DNA of 64,000 nt from Malacoraja senta (Eukaryota): positions 1 through 64,000 of the forward strand of contig JAXLNO010000298.1 in assembly GCA_038087875.1 (NCBI GenBank). The letters run 5' to 3'. This document shows, one piece after another, positions 26,133-39,477 of this stretch. Numbering within the stretch: the stretch's first letter is position 1; each line of letters starts with the position of its first letter. The position numbers were made by a program, and so were the translations under genes. Under the pieces are notes generated by a model. That model saw only the letters and a program-made list of their open reading frames with translations, was not told the DNA's origin and did not search any database.

Positions 26133-26322
26133 AGTAGACACAAAATGCTGGAGTAACTTAGCCGGACAGGAAGCATCTCTGGAGAGAAGGAATGGGTGAC
26201 ATTTCGGGTTGAGACCTTTCTTCACCCATTCCTTCTCTCCAGAGATGCTGCCTGCCCCGCTGAGTTACTCCAGCATTTTGTGTCTACCTTCGATTTAAAC
26301 CAGCATCTGCAGTTCTTTCCTA
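26133..26322. mobile_element. Penelope-derived fold-back unit (about 65-bp arms)
   Basis: GTAGACACAAAATGCTGGAGTAACT...GGAATGGGTGA and TCACCCATTCC...CAGCATTTTGTGTCTAC are near-perfect inverted repeats. Confidence 0.75.
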
Positions 26323-26369
26323 TAACTCTATACATTCTTCTACAGATACATATACAATTTCCACAGATG

Positions 26370-26872
26370 CGTGGTAGAAAGCATTTTATCGGGATGCATC
26401 ACAGAATGGGTTGGGAACAGCTCCATCCAAGAAATTGCAGAGAATTATGGACGCAGACCATCACACCAACCAACTCCCTTCCATTGACTCCATCTACACC
26501 TCATGCTGCCTCGACAAGGTCACCAGCATAATCAAAGATGTGTCTCACCCTGGTCACCCTCTCTTCTCCTCTCTCCCATTAGGCCACAGGTACAGAGGTG
26601 TGAAAACACACACCTAAAGATTCAGGGTCACGTTCCTCCCAGCTGTTATCAGGCAACTGAACTATGCTATCCACCTCATTGAAGACCCTCGGACTATCTT
26701 TAGTCGGACTCTACTGAACTTTATCTTGCACTATACGTTATTCAATTTATCTTGTATCTTATCTTGTATCGATTGTAATCATGTAGTCTTTCTGCTGACT
26801 GGATAGCACGCAACAAAAAGCTTTTCACTGTACTTTGGACATGTGACAATGAACTAAACTAAACTGAACTGA
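26370..26872 (+). mobile_element. Rex1/Babar LINE 3' end (decayed)
   Basis: ...LPSIDSIYTSCCLDKVTSIIKDVSHPGHPLFSSLPLGHRYR; 3' UTR ending CATGTGACAATGAACTAAACT. Confidence 0.75.
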
Positions 26873-27011
26873 TTAGATTTAACGTTCCTTCTTCAAAGAA
26901 CATCTTTATCTTGAGAGAATAATGAGGTTTTCTATCCAATGGGTTGAATGCTTCCTCCAAAATTGCAGCACACCCCAAATAACATACTGCAATTTGTGTG
27001 GAGGTCCCATG

Positions 27012-27112
27012 AGTGGGCTTGAACCCACGATGAATAGTGGGCTTGAACCCATGATGAATAGTGGGCTTGAACCCACGATGAATAGGGGCCCTGAACCCAT
27101 GATGAATAGTGG
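27012..27112. repeat. 24-bp tandem repeat (about 4.2 copies) containing a Pol III B-box-like motif on the minus strand
   Basis: AGTGGGCTTGAACCCA(C/T)GATGAAT at 27012, 27036 and 27060, variant at 27084; reverse complement contains GGTTCAAGCCC. Confidence 0.9.
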
Positions 27113-28636
27113 CCCACAGTTCAAACAAGGAACTGCAGACGCTGGTTCCAAAAAGAGACACAATGTGCTGGAGTGACTCTGCGGGTAATTGACGTTTCAG
27201 GTTGGGACTCTTCTTGTGGAGTCAGGGGAGAAGGGCTGTGAAAGAAGGCTGGAGGATAGGAAGGGCACGTGGAAAAAACTCACGCGGTCACCGGGTGGAC
27301 ATACAAACTCCACACAGACAGCACCCGTGGTCAGGATTGAACCCAGGTCTCTGGCACTGTAAGGCGGCAACTCTACCGCTGTGCCACTGTGTCACCCACA
27401 GTTCTGTCCATTCACAAGCTATTAAACCAAAAAACACAAAACACAATACTTTTGAATTTGTCAAATACACAAGAGCAACATTCTCAAAGGAGTTCTCCAT
27501 TTTCCATGCGTTTAGGGTCCTGAGTGAATGATATCTGCTATGATGCCTGATTAAAGGTCTTTAAGAAGCATTACTATGTGTGGTTTGAAAGACGAGAAAG
27601 AAATGGAACCGAAGAGAGACACAATATGCTGGAGTAACTCAGTGGGACAGACAGCATCTCAGGAGAGAAGGAATGGGTGATGTTTTGTGTCGAGACACAT
27701 CTTCAGACGGTGAGTCAGGGGAGAATGAAACAGGAGATATGGAAGGGTACAAAGACAATGTAAGGTGTACCTTTTGTATCCTTCCATATCTCCAGTTTCC
27801 TTCTCCCCTGACTCTCAGTCTGATGAAGGGTCTCGACTCGCAACGTCACTCATTCTTTCTATCCAGAGATGGTGCCTGGCTGCTGAGTTACTCCAACACG
27901 TTATGTCTATCTTCGGTGTAAACCTGCATCTTCAGTTCCTTCCTACAAAGTTGGACTTTGAATTCAGCCAGAAATCCCCATTGCCCTGCTGCGTTTCATA
28001 AATTACCCGAGGCTGGGTCAAATTTAGCAAATTCCCAGGATGAAATCACAATTTGTGATGCTGATAAACTGTTCCACTTGAAGTTCATTTGGCAGATTTG
28101 AGGAATTATAAAGAGAGCAGTCAAGTCCTACAGATCAGAAGGTCACAGATATAACCCCCTGGACTGTGACATGCTAACTAAACTCCACCATGACAACAGT
28201 TGAGATTCTATAATAGATGTTAGCAACAGAAGTGTACATGGTGAACTTTAGTCAGCGTTCACAGTGTTGGGAGCTAACCAATGTCTTTTCTAGATCTGTG
28301 ATCTTGGTAACTGGGATACAACCATAAAATATGTGAAAAGCAACCATCTGAAAGAATGACCATAGATTGACTAATGGCCTTGAAATTGTATTCGAGAAAG
28401 AGCCAGCGCCTTCAGTGGAAAAGAGCAAGTGAAAGAATAAATAAATGGGGCAGAGAGAGACACAGAGAGAGAGAGCGGGAGGGAGGGGAGAAGAGAGTAT
28501 GAGGGAGAGAGAAAGAGTGGGAGAGAGGGAGTGGGAGAAAGGGGAGAGAGAGATATATTTAAAATTAAAATAGACACAAAATGCTGGAGTAAGTCAGCGG
28601 GTCAGGCAGCATCTGTGGAGAAAAGGAATAGGTGTT

Positions 28637-29043
28637 TCACTGGAGTTTAGAAGGATGAGGGGGATCTTATAGAAACATATGAAATTATAAAAGGACTCGA
28701 CAAGCTAGATGCAGGAAAAATGTTCCCAATGTTGGGCGAGTCCAGAACCAGGGGCCACAGTCTTAGAATAAAGGGGGCCATTAAAGATAGGTGAGAACAA
28801 ACTTTTCACCCAGAGAGTTGTGAATTTGTGGAATTCCCTGCCAGAGGGCAGTGGAGGCCAAATCACTGGATGGATTTAAGAGAGAGTTAGATAGAGCTCT
28901 AGGGGCTAGTGGAATCAAGGGATATGGGGAGAAGGCAGGCCACGAGTTATTGATTGGGGACGATCAGCCATGATCACAATGAATGGCGGTGCTGGCTCAA
29001 AGGGCCGAATGGCCTCCTCCTGCACGTATTTTCTATGTTTCTC
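28637..29043 (+). mobile_element. CR1 LINE 3' end
   Basis: CACTGGAGTTTAGAAGGATGAGGGGGATCTTATAGAAAC... through 3' UTR ending TTTTCTATGTTTCT. Confidence 0.85.
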
Positions 29044-30914
29044 TGTGTTGTTTAGGATTGGGGGCCTCTTCTTCAGACCTTTAAAATGTTGGTCTAGATT
29101 CATTTACTACGTCAACGGATCTTAATGACTGAATGCTGAACTGGAACATAAGCAGGAAAGAACATAAATAAAATTAAAAACCCCACAGAAGTTGTTAAAA
29201 AGAGATTAGCTCTAAAGTTAGGACCATTCACATGTTGATATGCGCAGGAAACTGATTGAAAACCATTTACGAGTATGGCATTTTAAATGTAGCTGTTAAA
29301 ACCTGAATTGCATTATCATGGATAATATCCCAAACTTGGAAGCAAAGCAAAAAAATATATAATTGATGTATTGAGCAGTATATTTTGTGCTTCTTGTTTT
29401 TATTTCCAAGACCAAGGCTTTTGAAAATGTTATACTAATTTATTTGTGACTTGGCGTAACTATTTAACTTTCTGAAATACTATTTAAAGAGTTGTATAAA
29501 AGGGGTGGTATCAAATACCAGTAAAACTGAAGTGCTTCATGGTTGGATAAAAATGTTATGACAATTTTGTCCGCAAATGTGAATAGTCGCTACCTTGCCA
29601 AGGACAAGTGTGCATTTTCTGACCTGCACACCCTGAATAAGCTGTGCCAGGAATACTATAGAGCAAAGAGAGACACAAAAAGCTGGAGCAACTCAGCAGG
29701 CCACACAGCATCTCTGGAGAAAAGGAATAGATGACGTTTCCATTTCTCCAGAGATGCTCATAAGATCAGAAGTGATAGGAGCAGAATTAGGCCATTCGGC
29801 CCATCAAGTCTGCTCCACCATTCAATCATGGCTGATCTATCTCTTCCTCCTAACCCCATTCTCCTGCCTTCTTTCCATCATCTCTGACGCCCTCATTAAT
29901 CAAGAATCTGATTTAAATATATTCACTGACTTGGCATCCTGTCTGTCAGATGTTGCCTGGCCTTGCTGAGTTACTCCAGCTTTTAGTGTGTATTTTCGGT
30001 TTAAACCAGCATCTGCAGTTCCTTCCTACACAATGCTATAGAGCAGATTGTTTTTCAATATCTTGAGGCAGGAAAACAAAAGGGGTGAAGAGTGCATTCT
30101 GTCCACATCTAAAATGACATCAGGTTAGGAACAAAGATCAATGGGCTCCTAGGTTTTTACCTCCCTGTGTTCTGACAGCAAACAAGGTGAAAAGAATGTG
30201 TCCTTCAACCATTTTAACGAAACACTGACATCTCAGAACTTACCACAACGTTGTAAAATCAAGGCTGTAATATTAGTCAGTGCATGTAAACTTGCAGATC
30301 CTCTGAAGTAGATAATGTGCCACTCGAGCCTCGTTAAAAAGTCAAAAAAAAACTGGCTGTGGTGTGTGATTGAAAGTCAAAGATGATATAAAGATAGGCT
30401 GGAAACAAAACAGAAGGCTGGCCTGCCAAAGTCACTGACTATGCCCTGACCAAGAGCACAGCAAGCAGTCTGAAGAAGGGTCTCGACCCGAAACATCACC
30501 CATTCTTGTCCCGCTGAATTACTCCAGCATTTTGTGTCTATCTTCAGTGTAAACCAGCATCAGCAGTTCCTTCCTACACTCTTAGCAGTTGTGATGCCAC
30601 ATAATTCAGTTTCTCAGCAATGATTTATCTTCAAAATGCGATAAAAGGTAAACTGACACTCCTGGTCGATCTTATGGCATTACTATTATAAGCAAACGAA
30701 TGCACAGATTAATGCAACGCCTGGAAAGGTGGAAGAAAAGCAGAGAATGCTGCAAGTCCTCATTTTGGTCAGGCAGGACCTGTGGAAAGAGAAACAGTCA
30801 ATGTCACAGGACAGATTGCACATCAGTGTCTTTTCTACATTCACTCTCGTTTAGTCCCGACTAACATTGCTGCTGCTTTCTATGATTTATATAAATATTT
30901 CACAGCAAGGAAGT

Positions 30915-31200
30915 GGGGGTGACACGGTGGCGCAACGGTCGAGTTGCTGCCTTACAGCGCCAGAGACCCGGGTTCGGTCCGGGTGGTGTCTGTTTTCCCC
31001 GTGACCTGTGTGGGTTTTCTCCAGGTGCTCCAGTTTCCAAAGACGTACATGTTTGTAGGCTAATTGGCTCAGGTAAACTTATAAACTGTCCCTAGTGTGT
31101 ATAGGATAGTGTTAGCATGCGGGGATCGCTGGTCGGCACGTCTCGGTGGGCCGAAGGGCCTGTTTCCATGCTGTATCTCTAAACTAAACTAAAACTAAAT
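30915..31200 (+). mobile_element. HE1-like V-SINE
   Basis: Full head GGGGTGACACGGTGGCGCAACGG to (CTAAA)n tail. Confidence 0.85.
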
Positions 31201-33879
31201 CTGACCCATCGAGTGAGAGAGAAATGTACAAAGCAAATATCAATGATCAACAGCAAATTGCCCACCCAGGTCAATCCAGTACTAAATGTGGTTTCTTAAT
31301 TTGGGTTTAAATCCTTCTCTGGTAGTGTCTGGCGATTATAATAGTGGACATTGGTGACTGTGTATAGCGACCGTATATCAACGAGACGGTGTCAGTACAT
31401 TTTCTCAGGGTCAATGGTGGATGGAGAGGATTCTTTTACGCCGTTTAGATGCCAGACCACGTTGATGCAGAGCTTTTTTCTTTTTGTTTATACCCTAATT
31501 GTTGTGTTGCAGCAAACATTTCTCTCCCCTTTGGTATCATTGGACATCTGTAAATTGGACTGGTTTTGAATCAATGTATTCCACAGCAGGCGTTTGTTGG
31601 TTTGGTTTGATTGAGATAAAGTGCCTCTGGCAGCTTAAGCCTAGAAAAAAAAACTAATTTAAAATGCAAAGAAACGAGCGAGCTCGGTGTGCTCTGAGGC
31701 CGCATTCTCTGAATTCCAGTCGCTGCAAAGTGAAGGATGGGAGAACCATTGAGACTTGGCTCAGCTTTTAGCATCACAAAGGGGACGGAATAATGACAAA
31801 GAATCTTGTGGTTTTGCAGGTTTGCTGGTGAATAGACGGCAGTAATGTGAGCCTGGCACTGCTGGGTGCTGCCTTCAGCTAGTGCACCTATTGTTGAATA
31901 TCACAAACTACACCTTCCGTATTCAATCTTTCTGTGGGATGAAGAGAAGCAGGTACACTTTACCCCTATAGATACAAGGAACTGTAGATCATAAAGAATA
32001 GGAGTATAATTGGGCCATTCGGCCCATCAAGTCTACTCTGCCATTCAATCATGGCTGATCTATCCCTCCTAGCCCCATTCTCCTGCCTTCTCCCCATAAC
32101 CTCTGACATTTGTGATGCTGGTTTATACAGAAGATAGACACATGGTAGACAGACACAAAATGCTGGAGTAACTCAGTGGGACAGGCAGCATCTCGAGAGA
32201 AGGAATGGGTGACGGTTTGGGTCTAGACCCTTCTCGTCTGAAGAAGGGTCTCGACCCGAAATGTCACGCATTCCTTCTCTCTAGAGATGTTGCCTGTCCC
32301 GCTGAGTTACTCCTGCATTTTGTGTCCATCTTCGGTTTAAACCAGCATCTGCAGTTGCTTCCTACACATGGACATATGGTGTGTGCAGAGAGGAACTGCA
32401 GATGCTGGTTTATACCAATGAATGAATGAATGAATAGGTTTATTGGCCAAGTATTCATATACAATACAATACACAATACAATACGGTTTTATTCGTCACA
32501 TTGCACATAACGTGCAAGTGAAATGAATTTGCCAGCAGCGGTACAATGATAAAGAACACACAATACACAATAAAAATGAATTGTAGACAAGGAATTTGCC
32601 TTGGTGCTCCATCCACAAGTGACAACATGACATACAGTGACAGTTAGGAATGACACATAAAACATTAATAATAAAACATTATTGATTAAACATGTGAATT
32701 AAATAATATACCAGAGCAAAAGATAGACATATACAAAGATCATACCAAAGATGACATGCTGGAGTAACTCAGCAGGTCATGCAGCATCTCTGGAGAATAG
32801 GTAACGTTTCGGGTCGAGACCCTTCAGACTCAGGGGAAAGGGGAACGATATATATAGACGGTACTTAGGAGAAATGAATGCAAGATATGCAAAAAGCATA
32901 GATAATCTAGGAAATGGGGGGCACACAATAGACCATTGTTGGCTGTGGTATAGGTGATAATGAGTAAACAGACAAAGGACCTTTACACGGAGTTGAGGAG
33001 GAATTTCTTTAGTCAGTGAGTGGTGAATCTGTGGAATTCATTGCCATGGATGGCTGTGGAGGCCAAGTCAATGGATATTATTAAGGCAGAGATTGACAGA
33101 TTCTTGATTAGTACGGGTGTTAGGGGTTATCATAAGTGATAGGAGCTTGACAGACCCTATCTATGCCTCCGTTTAAGAAAGAGCTGCAGATGCTGGAAAA
33201 ATCAAAGGTAGACAGAAATGCTGGAGAAACTCACCGGGTGAGGCATTACCTATGGAGAGAAGGAATAGGCGACGTTTCGGGTCGAGACCATTCTTCTGTC
33301 TGAAGAAGGGTCTCGACCCGAGACGTCACCAATTCCTATCTATCTATGCCTCCCATAATTTAATATACATCGATCAGGTTGCCCCTCACCCTCAGAAAAT
33401 GCTAAAATACTCAGCGGGTCGGCAGTATCTGTGGAAAGGAGAGAAGTTTGCATTATAGGTTGATCATCCGCAGCAGTGAAGAGGTCGATGATGACCTGCA
33501 ACTTAGTCTCCCAGTGTGAGCAATCACATCCTCTGCATATTGCAGCTTATCCAGGTGAAAAAAAGACACAAGTGCCAGAGTAACTCAGCAGGTCAGGCAG
33601 CATCTCTGAAGAAAATTGATGGTTCAGGTTAGGACCCTTCTTCAGACTGACTGCGGAGTGGAGGTGGGGTGGGGGAAAAAACTAGAAGAGGGGAGGTGCA
33701 GGACAAATCCTGGTGAGTGATAGGTGGATGTACATGAGGGGGGCGGGATAGGTTTGATAGGCAGATGGCTGGACAAAGGACAACATACTTGTATGACTGA
33801 CTTGGCAAATGAAATTCCTTGTATGTTGCAAAACATACTCGGCTAATAAAGTATTATTGTGATTGTGATTGTGATTTCT

Positions 33880-34410
33880 ACAGATGCGCCGTAGAAACCA
33901 TTTTATTGGGAGGCATCAGAGCATGATTTAGGAACAGCTCCATCCAAGACCACCAGAAATTGTAGACACAGCCCAGACCATCAAGCAATCCAAACTTCCC
34001 CTCCATTTACTCCATCTCCACCTAACGCTGCCTCGCCAAGGCCAGCAGCATAATCAAGGACGAGTCTCATCTCGTCACTCTCTTTACTCCCCTCGCCCAT
34101 CAGGCAAGAATAACATAAGTGTGAAAACACACACCAGATTCAGAGATGGTTTCTTCCTAGCTGTTATCAGGCAACTAAACCATCTTATCACCGACTAGAG
34201 AGTGGCCCCGACCTGCCATCTACCTCATTACAGATCCTCGGACTATCTTTAATTGGACTACGTCTTGCATTAAACATTATTCCCTTCATCCTGTATCTGT
34301 ACACTGTGGACAGCTTGATTATAATCATGTATAGTCTTTCCACTGACTGCATAGCACATAACAGAAAAGCTTTTCAGGGTTCCTCGAAACACATGGCAAT
34401 AAACTAAAAA
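33880..34410 (+). mobile_element. Rex1/Babar LINE 3' end (decayed)
   Basis: Same family as 26370-26872. Confidence 0.7.
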
Positions 34411-35169
34411 AGAGTGAATTGTGAAGCCAGAGAGGGGAATATAGGTGGAAGATTGCATTGGGGGGGAGAGGAAAGGAGAGAAATGGATGCAAACACAGGT
34501 GGGGCCCAGGGAAGAGAGTGGATACGGGAAGTGGAAGGGAGTGTTTGTGAGTAGTTACCTCAAATTGGAGAATTCAATGTTCATACCGTTAAGTTGTAAG
34601 CTACCCAGGCAGAACGTGAGGTGCTGTTACGCCAGTTATTTTCTGCTTGCCTGAAATTACCAGACAGGCAGTGTGACGAATTAGCGACAATTTCAATCAG
34701 CATTTTGAGGAGAATAATTTTAAACCTGTAAACATCTGTAGAATGGCGTCAGAGGGGGGAAAGTTGCTACTACTCTTTCTGATTGAGGAAAGGGAAAAGT
34801 AATCGGGGACCTTCATTGCTGAAATGATGCACAATTGTAACACTCCCTTTCTTGGCTGAAGAGAACTATGACATTTATTTTCATAGATCATGCTGGAATT
34901 GTGCCCAATTTAGAGCGATACCAAAATCTCTTGCCACTATTGCAGCCGTTATAAGGAAACAATCACCAGTTCATGCGTCAGTAGGATTTTGAAAGCACAA
35001 ATTGTATATCAGAACGGTGGCATATGCTGCCTCACAGTGCCAGAGACCCAGGTTTGATCCTGACTAACCCATGTAGTTTCAGTTTTCTAGCATTCTATGA
35101 TTCTAAAAGATGAACATTTTGTGTTTCTTGGTGTCGATTTGCAAAACTGCAGTTTAAATAGATAGCAAG

Positions 35170-35465
35170 TGTGGCACGATGGCGCAGCGGTAGAGCTGCT
35201 GCCTTACAGCGTCAGAGACACACATTCGATCCCGACTACAGGTGTTGTCTGTACGTAGTTTGTACGGTCTCCCCATGACCATGTGGTTTTTCTCCAGTTT
35301 TCTCCCACACTACCAAGACATAGAGGCTTGTAGGTTAAATGGCTTGGTAAAATTATAAATTGTCCCAAGTGTGTGTAGAATAGTGTTAATGTGCAGGGAT
35401 TGCTGGTCGGAGCTGGCTCGGCAGGCCGAAGGGCCTGTTTCCGCGCTGTATCTCTAAACTAAACG
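35170..35465 (+). mobile_element. HE1-like V-SINE
   Basis: GGCACGATGGCGCAGCGGTAGAGCTGCTGCCTTACAGC...CTGTATCTCTAAACTAAAC. Confidence 0.85.
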
Positions 35466-35789
35466 TAACTCTTCGTACCTTAATGGGTGGATAAAATTGA
35501 GTCCTTTCATTTCTTTCCGCATGGAAACAGGGCCTTCGGCCCAACCTGCCCACACCGAATTACATGTCCCATCTACACTAGTCCATGTTTGGCCCATATC
35601 CCTCTAAACCTTTTCCATCCATGTACTGGTCTAAATGAATGACATATTGAAGGTTTTAAAGACCTTTCTTGCAATACACCCCAGCAGAAGTATGCAGTTT
35701 CTGTACATGCCATAAGATTAGAAAGGTAAAGAATTGCAGATGACACATTGCACAGAACTGTGATTTTAATTACATATTTTTTATATAAT

Positions 35790-38311
35790 GGCAAACATTC
35801 AGTTTATTTACAGAAACTTTATTTGAATAGGTAAACTTTCCTAATTCACCAACTATTTTGAAATTTGAGTGGGAATCCATATCAGGCTTCTGCAGAAATT
35901 GCCTTCTGTTTAAAATCCCGTCCGTTAATGGGAAACGCATCTTACAGAGAAATCCCCTTTTGTTATTGATATGTTAAAGGATTCCATTTACATTTAAACA
36001 ATAAATACAAATGAGGTAACAAAAAGTTAACAACTTTCAAATAAACAATATAGTATAATCTAGCATCATATTACAACAATCATATTAAAATCTCATCAGT
36101 AACAGGTTACTTCTTCATAAGAATAGTTTTATTGGAACAACATTTGATTGATTTTTGCTAAACAGCCAGTTGCCACCAGGATTTCATCTAGATTGCACAA
36201 ATAATTAACTTTGTTTTTCTTTTCACACTGTTTGGAAGTAACATTATTCACAGTTACTGACTATCACAAGCAGTCTATGTATTCCAGTAGAATAACTCTA
36301 CAGGTACATAGGTACATATTTGTATAAAAAGGAATGCAGGGTGACATCCACATTTAGCCCCGATCAGCTCAGGTGAATACAAAGGTGTGAGAGAGTGTAA
36401 AGCTTATCATCTTGGCCACAAGTATTGAGAACAGATGGATGCTGTTCACTTGTTCAAAGATATAGCAAGTACCATTTCCCAACAAAATGCACGGGTTTGC
36501 TATCTGCTAAATTCACAGCAAAGGTTCACCACTGAAGAACATAGCCTTTGAAATTTCAAATTAATATTTCCAGGTGCTTAAGTAGTGACATAGTACTATG
36601 TGCATTTAAGGGATGGGAGATTGCACCCTTCATGTGGTCGACTGTTTCGACTAATGCAATCAACCCGACGTGCACAAACAAGATCCAACAGAACAAGTTG
36701 ACCTACAACTTTAGGCTGTGCACGCCATACGCAAGAAGAAGATGTGCATTTAACAAAGACTCTTTCACCCGTTATACTGAGTAAAGATTGTGCGGAAGTG
36801 GAGTTGGTAGTAGAGCGAACAAGGAGGACTGAGAAACATTTTACTGCCTCGACAAAAACGTACATATGCTTTGTTAAAAGCAATTCATTTTTATCAGACA
36901 TGGTGTAGGCACAGATTAATGTATTTGGGCAGATGCATCAAGAGCCCAGGTCTCCAACTCATTTGAAATCAACATATGATAGCAAATGAAAGAGCTCAAC
37001 TGACTGACAAATTACATCACCTGGAACCGATAATTTTACTCTCAAGGGGACTTCATTAGACACATCTTAATCAAAAACATATACAATCAATAACAGTGTG
37101 TACAAAGAACATTAGGCATTGTGGATCAAAGGGAAATCGATAAAGGACGCAGCTAAAAAAGTCTCATTTGCTCTGACCAACTTGGCCTCAAGGTACAGCT
37201 TATCATTTCAACAAAAAATCACTAGCCCTTACCTGCTGAATTTCATAGGCAGATACTCCTCCTTAAATAAGCAACAGAGTCTATAACTGGCTATATCTTT
37301 CAAAAGTTTGTATATTCACTACGTTACCCTAATGGTTCAGTTACAAAGACATCGTTTTTCATATTATTCCCAAATTATTATCTAATAAAAAGTGGCAGTA
37401 AGGAGCAGTCCAGTGTCACAAGTGAATTTGCATGGAAACAGGAAACACAAAGATTCGGAAGCCCATTTTGCACATGCCTTTCATTTATTCTACCTCTAGC
37501 ATTGCCTGCAACTATCGCAGGTCTTTCATGTAAAAAGGTCCACTTTCAAAACTGTTACAAACGTAAGGATGATCCATGGGATTGCTTTAAATTTTCCCCT
37601 CAGTGGTTTTAATTTATGTTTGATGCATCATTGCAAACCCTTGAACATTGCAAACCTTTGAAGGTTATGCACTTCAATAGCAAAACAATGTCAGTGGTTT
37701 TTGCCTTTGATACACTGAGCTGTTAGCACGTATATGTCCACTGCTGTTAAAGTCCTGTTACAAAAGTGAGTTGGTTGAGAGTTATGCATTCCATCTACTC
37801 TGAAATCAACAACCGTGATCCTAACATCTTAACATCTACAATCAGGTAGACATCAATGACCTTTCATTAGTATTGAAGACCTGTTGTTTCTATTGCTGCA
37901 CACATATTTATTTTTTTGTTTCCACTTAATTTACTTAAAACTACTGTCAGTATTGGTAATGCAACTACATATGTGGATGATTAAATGGAGCAAGAACACC
38001 AGAAAGGGGTTTCAATAAAGCACCTGCAACAACAATTAGAGTGAAGCCATGCAAGTGACATGGCAGTTAGCAAATATTTTACGGAGCTAAACATTAATGG
38101 TAGAATATGCTAAAACAGTTTACAATTTTTTTTTACCTGGGTTTATTAAGAATGCCACACCTGCTGATTATTGTCCTGATTGTGAAAGCTCCTTCAGAGG
38201 GTTAAAGGGATACAAGCACTAAGGTTGTATCTGTCATGAACCTGTAACATGAAGGATACAAACAACCAGGTCTGTGTTTGGAAAGTTATCACCATTGCTC
38301 TCCAGTGTGGT
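35790..38311 (-). other. DLGAP1: Probable DLGAP1 3' UTR
   Basis: About 2.5 kb of repeat-free, AT-rich sequence downstream of the stop codon, ending at minus-strand poly(A) signals. Extent is inferred. Confidence 0.6.
35803..35823 (-). promoter_or_regulatory. Candidate DLGAP1 polyadenylation signals
   Basis: Minus-strand AATAAA at 35818-35823 and TGTAAATAAA (Pumilio element overlapping AATAAA) at 35803-35812; further AATAAA at 36128-36133. Confidence 0.55.
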
Positions 38312-38527
38312 TTATAGTCTGGTCTGGGCCTCTGGGATATAGATCTCGATACTGTCCGCGCTCTCGGTGGCCGAGTTCTGTCTTACCGACGCAGCTCGTT
38401 TGGCAGCCATTAGACGCTTCCGTGCCTCCTGCCTTTGCTTCTCTGTGGCTTCAAGCGACTTTTCACGTTTCAGGGGTACCTGACCCTTTGGAGGTTTCTT
38501 TGGCACGGGAGGGGGTATTCTTTTCTC
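38312..38527 (-). CDS. DLGAP1: Disks large-associated protein 1 (GKAP/SAPAP1), last coding exon
   Basis: Acceptor TTCATTTCTGCAG|GAG, phase 0; EKRIPPPVPKKP...QRQEARKRLMAAKRAASVRQNSATESADSIEIYIPEAQTRL* ends in the Shank-PDZ-binding QTRL; 216 bp = 71 aa + TAA. Confidence 0.95.
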   Translation of the reverse strand, partial: EKRIPPPVPKKPPKGQVPLKREKSLEATEKQRQEARKRLMAAKRAASVRQNSATESADSIEIYIPEAQTRL

Positions 38528-38619
38528 CTGCAGAAATGAACATGCCAGTAATTTAGAAGCCTTGCTCTTTCGGGTAGGTGTGACAAAGCACAGCCATACC
38601 GTTACACACAATTAACAGA

Positions 38620-39135
38620 TACATACAGCATCGAGGACCCGCACCGCGGATTGGGAACCCACCTGGAGGCCCGGCTCGCCCGCCCAGAGTGGAAGGAGTC
38701 GGATGGAGGGCCAGTAAGCAGACCGGCTGCGGGAGGGAGAGCGGTGCCTCGACGGTGGAGTGGGCCGCTGGAGGCCCTGCAACAGCCTGGGGCTCGGCCG
38801 GACCGGGTACCGCTCCAAAAGGACGAGCCTGTGGACCGCACGTGACCTACAGCAGCGGAGGACACCACGGCCACGCTTGGCCAGGCCGACCCTGCAATGC
38901 CGCCAGGACAACAGACCTTCATGGTCAGGTCAAGAACCCTGCACATACAACAACCGGAACTTGAAAGTGGTGCAAAACTGGCGACTCAAAACTGTCTCAG
39001 TTTACTACTGCTGTACACTTGTACTGTATCTGAGATGCTTATCTAAGATGTTTCTAAGTGCTTATGTAGAGTGATACTTGTACTGAAATTAATCTCACTG
39101 CACCTCAGTACATGTGACAAATAAAGTATCAATAC
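38620..39135 (+). mobile_element. GC-rich non-autonomous element with Rex/Babar-type 3' tail
   Basis: Homologous to the split copy at 15455-17760; ends ACCTCAGTACATGTGACAAATAAAG followed by an ACCAT-type tail. Confidence 0.6.
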
Positions 39136-39477
39136 CATATCATAAAGTACCAAAACCATACTATAAAGTACAATACTATACTATAAAGTACAATGCCATA
39201 CCAACTGGCAACATTGTTGCTGTGATTTCTTAAGGAAACGCACCAAATGATTATGAAAATTACTCCAGCATTATAGAACAATTATGTACATAACCACATC
39301 TCCAATTCTCACGGCGATTATCTTTTTCTCTCGTGTATTACATGCCAGCTACACAGTGTCAATGTGATATCTCGAGACTGGGAGGGAGAGTTACGATGGA
39401 ATGTTCTTGTGATTCTGCTGGCTTCCACTCAACTCTGGGTTCCTGAGAAGCAATAGTTAAATTTAAAAAAATGTATT

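Noticed and set aside
20981..27112. The 25-bp and 24-bp arrays as CRISPR-like repeats
   Set aside because: Units are directly adjacent with no unique spacers, there are no cas genes, and the context is vertebrate; they are minisatellites.
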